From assembly GCA_040357565.1 (NCBI GenBank), contig JBDODJ010000013.1: a DNA stretch of 64,000 nucleotides. One strand, 5' to 3'. Below are positions 54,416-64,000 of this stretch, piece by piece. The notes beneath the pieces are model-generated. The model was not told the origin of the DNA, searched no databases, and was given only the letters and a program-made list of their open reading frames with translations. The position numbers and the translations under genes were made by a program. Each line of letters begins with the position of its first letter. The first letter of the stretch is position 1. Origin of the DNA: Cercozoa sp. M6MM (Eukaryota; Protista; Endomyxa: Ascetosporea).

Positions 54416-54676
54416 TTACATTACTGCACACAGGCACACACGTGTACAGACAGACATAGAGAGAGCGAGAGAAAGCGGACCATTGCAGCAACCGCCAGAG
54501 CCGAGCGGCTGCGTCCACTCGTTGTCGGCGCTGTTGAGCGGGTCGTTGCGCGAGCTCAGCGTCTTGATCAGTGCCGCCGCCGACTGCTCCGGGTCCTCGG
54601 CGCGGTCAAGCGCCGCCAGCTCCTCAGCGAGCGCGTCACGCTCGGCCTCGGCCATCGCAAGCTGTGCCTCTGACAT
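54416..54676 (-). CDS. Heterotrimeric G-protein gamma subunit-like (67 aa, CaaX)
   Basis: Exon 54676-54481, intron 54480-54424 (GT..CAG) and exon 54423-54416 give an N-terminal helix, DPL..N.W and a C-terminus ..GGCCNVM*. Confidence 0.8.
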   Translation of the reverse strand: MSEAQLAMAEAERDALAEELAALDRAEDPEQSAAALIKTLSSRNDPLNSADNEWTQPLGSGGCCNGPLSLALSMSVCTRVCLCAVM

Positions 54677-55099
54677 TGTGTGTTTGACTGTGTTGGAACT
54701 GTGGGGTTGTGTGACTGTGTCTCGCAGGTTCGACGTGTCGATCACAGCGAGGCAGATTCTTCTGCAACACACCAGCACGTAAACACACAGGCACACATGC
54801 ACGAAGCACAAAAAAAAACCAAACCACAAAACACCAATCAAAAAAGCAAGATGGACAAAAACCACGACAGACCAACACCGCACGCGCGGCACATGCAGTG
54901 ATGTGTCACAAACACAGTGGCGCCAACGAGGCACGCTGGTGCGGAAACAGGGAAAAATGCAGCACAGAGTCGCTGGAACATGATAGCAGTGCTGCTGCTC
55001 TAGTGCAAACTCACTGGAACTGTCAATAGCCCGAACAAAACGTTGGCAGCAGCTCGCTCGAGTTCAGGGGTCAGTTTCTCCAAGCGACCCAATGCCAAC

Positions 55100-56140
55100 G
55101 ACTGAAGTCCTAAATGGACAACCTTGGTCCAGATGAGCGCCGATCTACTATGGTGTCAAAAGATGATCAAAGCGAATTACTGTACGGTATACTGTACGTG
55201 CGCATGTGCGTGCACGTATGTGTGTACTTGTGAATAGCTTAATTTTACTTCTACATCGTGATCACTTTCGCGGTGGGTCCGACGCCCGTCATGAAAATCG
55301 AGATGACTAAATACGCGGCGAGATGTCCTGCACGCACTTGCACATGTGTTATCACCAGAGTGATTTCTGTGCTTCAGTTGCGAAAGAAACAAAGGCGAGT
55401 GTACTGTGAATATCTTGCAGCTGCTCTGTTTGGCGCATGAGAAAAGGCAGAGCGACCAGGTCACATGCCCAGTGCAGCAGCACACCACTGCACAAGGCCG
55501 CGCGTGCAAAGCAGTCGACTCCTTTGTTGCTGCAAACGTTTAAGATAACAGGAAACAACTCCGGTCGATGCTGTAGAAAGAGATCAACCAATGCCTGGTG
55601 TCGTAGTACAGAGTGTCAAACACGCCGTGCAACCTCCAGCCGTCCAGCACCAGCAGGACTGTGAACAGCGACACCAGCAGCAACACGTAAAAGCACGCGT
55701 GTACCGTGCACCACCTGCCACTGAGTCGTGTGTCTGTTGTAGCGAGCATACTCTGATACCGACCTGTCCTACCTGTAGTAAAAAGCAACTTCAGTTTTAC
55801 CTGCCTGGTAGCGCTTGTAAGCCAGCCACTGAAGACCCGTCCAACCCAAAAGCAGCGTCAAACTACACTTACACCAAGTGCAAGGTTGAACTGGAAGGAA
55901 ACCGTCCAGTCAGTTTTAATGTTATGGTACATGTATATCCGAAGTTTCGGCACGCTCTGGCGACTTGGAGGTTCCGAATCATCTTCGAACTAAATCGCGG
56001 AAACGGTGAGACACAGTGACAGCGGTACATGCACACTGTGACAAGGTGAAACCTACAGCAACACCGAAGGCTTCGAGCTCGTCTAGTACTTCATCATCCA
56101 CCAGAAGAGAGTTGTGTTTCCGGTAGCTCGATTCCATTTT
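55100..56140 (-). CDS. Hypothetical membrane protein
   Basis: Hydrophobic open segments (VLLLVSLFTVLLVLDGW, LLLGWTGLQWLAY) between plausible introns; model not resolved. Confidence 0.3.
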
Positions 56141-56345
56141 GCAGTGCGAGCTCGCTCCCGTTAGTATCACGCGATATCGGTATTAGTGCGCTCTTTGTCG
56201 AGCTTCGATTTTAGAATTCAGCCCGACCCCGTGAAACGCCGTGAACGGTAAATTCGACTTCCACGCGGATGTCAAAGATACACCGGTACTGACTACATTT
56301 TCCGTTCCAATAGCGAGTTCTTCGACCTTCTAGCATCTCGAGAGA

Positions 56346-57737
56346 TGGTGCTCCTGCGACATGCTCAAACATACCTACCTGTCCGTACCGGCGGAATTGG
56401 TACGTTGCTTTTATTCAGGGGTCGTGCTTTGCCAGTTGGAAGCCAGTGTAGCCGAGTTGACCGAGTACGACACAAAGCACACAAACTCCGAGGTTAACAC
56501 CAGCGCTGTCGCACCTGTTGTCATCGCTGGAGAGGAAAATGACATTGGGCGTCCAGGCAAGCCTCGGCGAGGACTGAGTCCCATGAGAACCACGAAAGTC
56601 GCAATGCTTGAGCGCGAAAAAGAGTTGCTCCAGTCGAAACTGCTTGGCAAGCGGAGTCTCCTGCGACGAATGACTCGGCAAGTCCGTCGAAACGCAAGTT
56701 TTTCGCCTTCGCCCTCGCCGGCAATTTCACCTTCTGCGTCGCTGCGTATGCTGTCTGGCACAGGCAAACTCGGTAGTTGCATGAACAATCTCAGTTAAAA
56801 CGGAACTTCTGACCTTGCTTACTGCTTGTTTAAACCCAGACGTGCTTCAACGCAAATCTGTTGCCGAACAAATGGCAGGACCATCGTTTCCGGCAGCATC
56901 TCCGTCGATGCTGAAAGCACCACAACCAATTCGACCGAGTAGCGCCTTTTCATTTGAAACAACCGACACTAATGAAAGTCAAGCGACACAAGAAGTACTT
57001 CAAACGTCTCAACAGGAGTCACGAAACTTAAAGGCACAGCGATGCCAAAGTGCGTTCGAACGGGCTCCTGTTGCGGTACACTAATTCCTTGTGCATGCAC
57101 TTCGTTTATCCGCACTGTGCTGACAACAGGAAAAGGCAGCTGCCTGCAGAGACGAAGAGGACCAAGAGTTTCTCAAAAGCTTCTTGAAGAAAACGCAGGC
57201 TCGCGTGAAAGCAGCGAAAGCGCAGCAGCGGCAAAAGGCGCGTGTGGAACGGCGAAAAGTGCAGCGTCTTGCTGAGAAGTGTAAAGCCTCTTCTTTCGTC
57301 GTTCTGTCGTGTGTTGTCAAGGCGGTACTATTGCCATATGCCTTCTCTTCCATAGGCATTCGAGACGACCGACGCATGAACAGAGTGCGAACGCAGCACG
57401 CGCGGCGCGACGGCATTCTCAAGTCGAGTTTGGTAAGCAATTCTCCGCCAGTTTAACAGACTGAGGTGGGATGCCTGGACAGCTCAAGAGGTACACACGG
57501 AACTTTGAGCAACAAGAGCGAGCTCGCCAAATACTCGCGAATTCGGCAAGTATTGAAACGAAGCAAGCACGGCCCTTCGTGCCGCGACCGGCGCATTTGC
57601 GCCTTCATCCACAAGAAAGCGCCCGAAGCGAATCGCGTCGCGTAGCATCACCTCGTCGTCCAGCGAAGGCAAAGACAGTCAGCTACCGCGCTCAAATCGA
57701 AAAAGCCACCCTCATCGACGCGCACATGGTAATTTAA
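56346..57737 (+). CDS. Hypothetical basic, low-complexity/coiled-coil protein
   Basis: Consecutive plus-strand ORF segments rich in R/S/P separated by GT-AG introns. Confidence 0.4.
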
Positions 57738-58399
57738 TCTACGTCAAGACCATCATTGTATTTGTTGTGATGTTCGTTTCAGAAAAAACGCGTGCTGCAG
57801 CACGTGCGAGCCAAACAAGCAAAGCACGACAGAAAGACTGCTCGCCTCGTTGCTCACGCCCGGACGTTTGTTCCAGCGGGGTGACAATACATCGGCACTG
57901 CTCTTGCTGTTGTTTACCTGTGTTTCTGGCTCGTTCACTGACGGAGATGTTTCTCAAATACCATTCGGCGGAAATGTCCGCTGCCCGTCTGCCGTTTTTA
58001 GTTAGCCTAGCACTGCTTTCTTAATACAGCAACAGACTGCGCTTGACGCTGCAAGTATGACATGCCGGCCTCGCATGATGTACATGTTTCGCCACGATCG
58101 TTTGACCTCAATAGGGATCGCCACGAGACGGAATAAAACGGGCCCGGATATTCGATTGCGCGATTCGAAAAAGAGCCACCGCGGGCCATCACGTCAGTTA
58201 GGTCAATAACGATTAAGCACAGTCGTCAGTGTCGACGCAACGACACAGGCAGGCACAAACAAGTGCCTAGCGCGAATACGCGACAGACCAGGCGGCAGCA
58301 GAGTTCGTGTTCGCGTACTACATGCTGTTGCCTGTGAAGAGCGAGAAAGCTTAAGACCCAATCACGAAGTAACAATTACACAGACCTGCAGTTGTCGAC

Positions 58400-61300
58400 A
58401 TGAATTGCACTGCGGGTAGAAACGCATGGGTCGTCCGCGAGCAATCGAGCGCGGCGGAATATGGTCGCCAATCAGCCGACCTCCTTTCTTGCCTGCAAAA
58501 CATGCCTTGGTTCAACACAGACACAGACACAGACACAGACACAGACACCAAATTAGAGGCTTTACCGCAATGGTGGCAACCACGTCGATGCAAAATAGTT
58601 TGCAAGAATACTCTTGTTTTGCCAGACACTGCAAAGCGATTTATTGTAGCTGACTTACAACAAATCACCGACGAGAAATCCTACAGAAATTGTGTCCGTT
58701 TCCAACTGACGTCGGAACCGACCATTCTCTTCTGCAAAAGCACATATACTCGAACCGAGCGCTGCAGTCAAACCGACAATAACAAGTACATACCGTCCGA
58801 AAGCGCCTTCTTTGAACAAATCCGACGGCAGAAACTTCGAAAGCTTAAATTTGGCGCCTTGTGCCACAAACAAAGTGGCCAGTGAGACCTTTCACAAACA
58901 CCATCCTGGTGCACAACAGAGGCATACACCTGTCATCATCCGAATTCTACCAGGATTGTGTCGAATAACGAGGCGTGCAAGTAGCTGTTACTTAAGCCCT
59001 CAGCGTCAACAGCCTTACTGCTTTTATGTAGGAAGACAGAAAACACCACGTTGGCATTCAACGCGGACAAGACGAACAAGGCCGTTCCGAACCTGCAATG
59101 CAAAAGCAAAGGCATAACAACTTCAGAGCCTTCAAACACAAGAGCAAACAAACCAAGTGCCAAGAAACGGAGTTGCGCTCGAGATTCGACAAAAAGCTGC
59201 TAAACGAGCTCCGAGAAAGAGAGAAACGTGTTGAAACAACGCAGCGAGCAAATATGCTTCTGCCAACCTCTGTGCAACACCAGAAAAATACGAGGGACAC
59301 CCAGATGGACCCCAGGTGGACAAGAGTCAAGTCACGGTTACCGGTAAGTGGTCAGCGGTGGGACACAAGGTGAAATAGGCACGTGAGACCTCCTCCTTTA
59401 GCAGCGCCCAGAATCGAACGGGGTCACTTGAAAGGAGTATCCGCGCGGATGTGGAGAAACGTTCCATCACGTCGCGAATCCGCATGTGCGGTACTTGGGC
59501 AGCAAAACTTCGATACCGACGCAAGTCGCTCCACCATTGTGACCAGGCGCTTTGTGACACTTGAAGTGAGTCTATCTGCGAAAACCCGAGTCGGGGGCAA
59601 CACCGATGACAGAAGAGTTGAAAAGCGTACCACATGGCGGTGCCAATCTGCAATCATGTGCACCCACAGGAAAACTTGCAGCAGCACATTAACGCGCACG
59701 CCCACAAAAAGCAATGCAGTCTCTTGTTGTTGGCGGTTCTGTGTTCTGGATCTTGATCCGGTAAATGGTAATCAACGCAGAAGCATGCACAAGGTTCTGA
59801 TCAATCGAAGAATGATTAAACACTTGTCGGCTTGCTCATTATTTGCTGCGTTGCAGGGTGCCTGTTCGTGCTTAGTACACAGAGAGCGCGGATATTGGGC
59901 TCCTACTTCGGGAGCACGCGATCGCGTTGTTATTGGGTTCAAGTTGAGCAATGACAACCGACCTGACGCAGCATTCGAAACTCGCACGATTCTTCAAGAG
60001 CGAATCACCACTCAAGCGATTTCAGTGTCTCGGTGCATTTCTCACGGTAATCAGTCAAATGTCGGATTTGACATTGATGCTTTTGAGCAAAGATACCGGC
60101 AGTATGAATTAACTAAGCTGTGAGTTTGTTTTTTAGTCATGTACCGAAAGCCAACGTGAGCAGCTGATGCAGCGACACTTTTCGCCAGTTTACTTGGTAC
60201 AATCAGCACTGCAGAAAAGAATTTTGCGTTCAGTTCACACTGTCGTCCTTCGCAGGTGATTCAAGAAACGCTGTTCAAACTGCCTTCGCTAGTGGGCAAG
60301 AGTGTGACTTCAAGGTACCAAAAGGAGAAGCTCATTTTAGTGTACCTTCAGACAGCGTTGTGAACAGACTGAACACTCTATCATCGACTCATCGCCGTCA
60401 GCTGGCGCAACTTGCTTCTAGCATCTCTGGAATCGGTAGATTTACTTCTCGCATTTATCCGAGTTTATTGTTACACTCGTCTATTGACAGTCATCATGGA
60501 CGAACCCGACGAACAGATGCATCTGACGGCAGCAGCGTTGTTGGACACACTATATCTGCTGTGTGCACACATCTCGCACATTGTACGTTGCAGCTTTGCT
60601 TGTTTTGGAACCCTGTTGATTGAATTCTCGCGCAGTTGAAACGAAAGTGGCAACTCTCCTCGCTCACTCAGTAAGTTGAGTTGTTAGAAGTAACCTTTTC
60701 AGCCAAACTAACTGAGTCTTTTGTGTGTTAGTCTACTACGAGGCGTGCTGCAGATGCAGGTGCCTGCTGTGTTGCGACAGCGTGCCGTTCTCGTGCTGTG
60801 TCTGTTGCTGGATGTACCAACATTAATAAGTACGACGATACGAAACATATGAACAAACACTGCAGGCACTACCGGACGACAAAACATTGTTGCATGTGTT
60901 CCATCACGTTTTTTGCGCTGCGGCGGCCGAACTCTGTGAGGATCACGATGCCTACTTGAAGGTGTGACAAAACATTGTTTAAATGCAACAGATTATGAGA
61001 AAAATAATTGCAGCACGGTGCCGAAGTGTTTGAAGAACGCGCTGCTCACTCGCTGACCTTTCTTCATCGCACCGAGAATGCTGATGGTATAGCAACCTCT
61101 GACTGAAAACATATGTTTCAAGCGCACCGGTGTTGCAGACAAGGAAGGCTCGAAACACGTGCTGCACACGATGCTGCAATGTGCGCACCATCACACGCAG
61201 TTGCTGTGCCGCGTGGTACCGTCGCTGTTCAAAACGGCAGCTTCACTGTCGCTGTTCGTGCGCTGGTCGCAGGAGTACCTGTCCCGAGGTGCTTCCCTTT

Positions 61301-64000
61301 CTTCTCCCCAACAAAGAATTTACTTGAGCTATCACTTGAGCTTTCGCTCGAGTTTTCTGTTGAGCTTTAACTTTTTGCTTTCACCTTGAGTTTAAACTTG
61401 AACTTTCGTTTGAAAAGGCAACAAAATGGACGGTCCGATGGGCCTACTGCGGCAGCAGGCACTTGAGCACGCTCTCAGTATGACCTACGTGTCCAAGTCG
61501 AAAGTGTCCGCGCGGACAGCGACGACTCGAGCCAACGAAACTGCTGCCGTCACACACTGCCTGTCACTCGCATTGCAAGGTACGAGAAACGCTGCTTTAA
61601 TCAAAACGAAAGGCTTGTTACACAGCTGTGCAACGGAGCGTGCGCGATCCGCAGCTGTGGCCGCTGCACCGCGAGTTTGCCGAAGAAGAGTCCGGCAACA
61701 TTGTCGGAGTCTTTGAGGAACGTTCGCGGAACGTTCGCGCTTTCGTCGTGTCGCAGGTCACGAGCGCACTGTTCGCCACACCGCTCAAGTCGACGATCGC
61801 GCAGCGCAACTACGACACTGTCTGTTCACTTTTTATTTTATTTCACCAAAACAAGTTTGTTTGCTCGAACAACCTTGTTTGCACGAACGTTGGTCCATTT
61901 TATTAATTAATTTCTACTGTAGGTACTGGACATCGTGGCTTTAGTTATTCGGCAACACCACGAACTGGTATAGTCTTGTTGAGTTGGGAACCAAAATCTT
62001 GAGTAGGAGCATTTTTTGGTATTTTCCCGTGTGTTCAGGAATGGACGTCATTGTTCGTATCGCTTCTGAACGCGAGCACCTTCCTGCAAAGTGTGCATTT
62101 GGTATCTCTTTGCCTAAACTATGCTTGTGTTGATTTCACTACTTTGAATGAAACAGGAGAACAAATGTTTCGTGGAGCAACGCTTGTTGCGAGTGCACCT
62201 GATCACGCTTCATGTGTACCTGCGGCTGCGTCTGTTGCACCAACAAGACAAAACTGACAGGTTAGCTGTCGTTTTTCCAAACAATCACTGCTTTCCTTTA
62301 CTCTTTTTTGCTTTCTGAAGTGAGAGCGAAGTGAGCACCATGCGCACTGCTTTGAGCGACAAAGGTGGCAGCTTTCTCACTTAGGCAGTTTTATTATTTC
62401 GTTTCTCTTGAGTCAGTTTTTTTTTTTTTTTGAAAATGCCAACAGTAAACCGATCAAGCACGGACACGGCGTTCCTGTCGCACTTTTTCGAGGCGTGGCA
62501 CTTTGCTTTCGATGCCGGTGAGATTTAAAACACTTGAAACCACTTTTTATTTGATCGGTGGCAGCGTTTCTCCCAACATGATTTGTTGTTTTAAATACAG
62601 CTTCGGCAAAGCTACTGAGTATACTGGGCGATGCTGACGGTACTGAAGAGTCAAATTACTCTCAGTTCAGACTGTTGTGATCGATGTGTGTGTTTCTTTT
62701 GCTTGTAGCCACCGATGAAACAAGCAGTTCCGAGTTGCCATCGCACGAGTTTTTGCGCTTCGTTGCGCGCGTACATTTTATCCCTTTCTTATCCCCCCGA
62801 TGTTTATCCCTTCGTTTATCCCCCTTCTCGTGTTTTGCAGTTGACGCGTCAGGAGGCGTGTCAGATCGCGTATGATCTTTTGGCGTTACTGGACGAGGCG
62901 TGGCTACAGCACGCGCACCTGTGGCTACACAGACTGGCTACAACACTGTCCGGACGGTACCCTGTTCAGTCCAAATGTACCGAGCAACTGGACCTTGTTT
63001 TTTGTTGTTGCAGCTACTTTGGCGCACTGTTTTTTGTGAGCGAAATGAAAAAAGCCAAGTTGCAGCAGCAACAGGACACTGTTGCGGTACTTTACCCCCC
63101 CTGTTTCCCCCTATCCTCCTATCCCTATCCTCCTATCCCTATCCTCCTACCCCTATCCTCCTACCCTTATCCTCCTACCTCCTTGCCCCCTGACCCCCAG
63201 AAGCAAGGCTGGAAGTGGCCGTGCGAAGGCTGGCCGTTCGGACCGCCGGCGTGCCAGCGAAACCTGCCGCAGCTGCAGACGCTGTGGAGAATGTTCGGCC
63301 GCGTGCTGGTGGCGTGTAGCCGACTGACGACGCAACTGCTGCCGCGCGAACGCGATGGCGTGCGACACACGCTGCCGCGACACGACGACGATTTTTGGCA
63401 GGTGTCACTGCTGGCTTGAGCCTTCTCTTTCGCTTGAGCTGTCTCTTTCGCTTGAGCTGTCGCTTGAGCTTTCGCTTTCGCTTTAACTTTGGGTTTGCTT
63501 TAGCTTCGCTTTAGCTTTAGCTTGAGCTTGAGCTTTCGCTTGGTTTTGCTTTAACTTTGGTTTTGCTTTAACTTTGGTTTTGCTTTAGCTTTAACTTTGG
63601 TTTTGCTTTGGCTTTGGTTTGCATTAGCTTTGGCTTTGAGTTTTGCTTTCGCTTTTCTTTGGCTTTTGCTTCAGTTGCTTTTCGTGGTTTGGCTTTGTTT
63701 CAAATGTTTCGCTTTGCTTGAGCTTTGTGTTTTGCTTGAGTTTTGTGTTTTGCTTGAGCTTTGTGTTTTGCTTGAGCTTTGTGTTTTGCTTGAGCTTTGT
63801 GTTTTTGAAGAATAAGTCGCATGTTTTAGCTTTTATATTTCTGAAAGTTTAAGTTTCTCTTTTGCTTGTAGTGTGTGTTGTTTATTTTTGATGTGGTTGT
63901 GTGCTGTCAGATGGCGAATTCGAGTGCGAATGTGGTGGATGAAGAGCGAAATCCGACACTGCGTGTGTGTGACATTGCGTTCAAATTGTATCTCCTCTTT
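58400..64000 (+). CDS. Large hypothetical multi-exon protein (Leu-rich helical, possibly ARM/HEAT-like); runs off the window
   Basis: Many short exons with canonical junctions (e.g. 62841-62957, 63201-63401). No diagnostic motif; start uncertain. Confidence 0.45.
63415..63805. repeat. Compound T/G-rich intronic satellite, including 18-bp TTTGCTTGAGCTTTGTGT x5 (63713-63802)
   Basis: Directly visible inside a ~510-nt intron (63402-63910). Confidence 0.9.

Overview
Gene-dense, intron-rich nuclear DNA from a eukaryote, most likely a protist (inferred from short GT-AG introns of mostly 45-110 nt, microsatellite-filled introns and tight head-to-head/tail-to-tail packing). The ORF track is misleading because genes are spliced, so I assembled exons by eye; boundaries are approximate unless stated. 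Recognisable genes are a partial GST, a CCX/NCLX-type cation/Ca2+ exchanger, a Deg/HtrA protease, a DxD glycosyltransferase, VPS37, a DDX21/RH7-type helicase, a G-protein alpha subunit, a CCCH zinc-finger protein, an EXD3/Mut-7-like exonuclease, a multi-TM RGS protein, a GABA-B-like class C GPCR, SNF1/AMPK-alpha, a mitochondrial-type TyrRS and a G-protein gamma subunit, plus orphans. The most notable result is four heterotrimeric G-protein components within about 36 kb. They include an RGS protein with two TM-helical ectodomain-TM modules (chemoreceptor-like topology) lying head-to-head with the GPCR, and a G-alpha with an atypical acidic C-terminus. I recognised no rRNA, tRNA, CRISPR array or transposon. 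There is one 100-N assembly gap (2094-2193).
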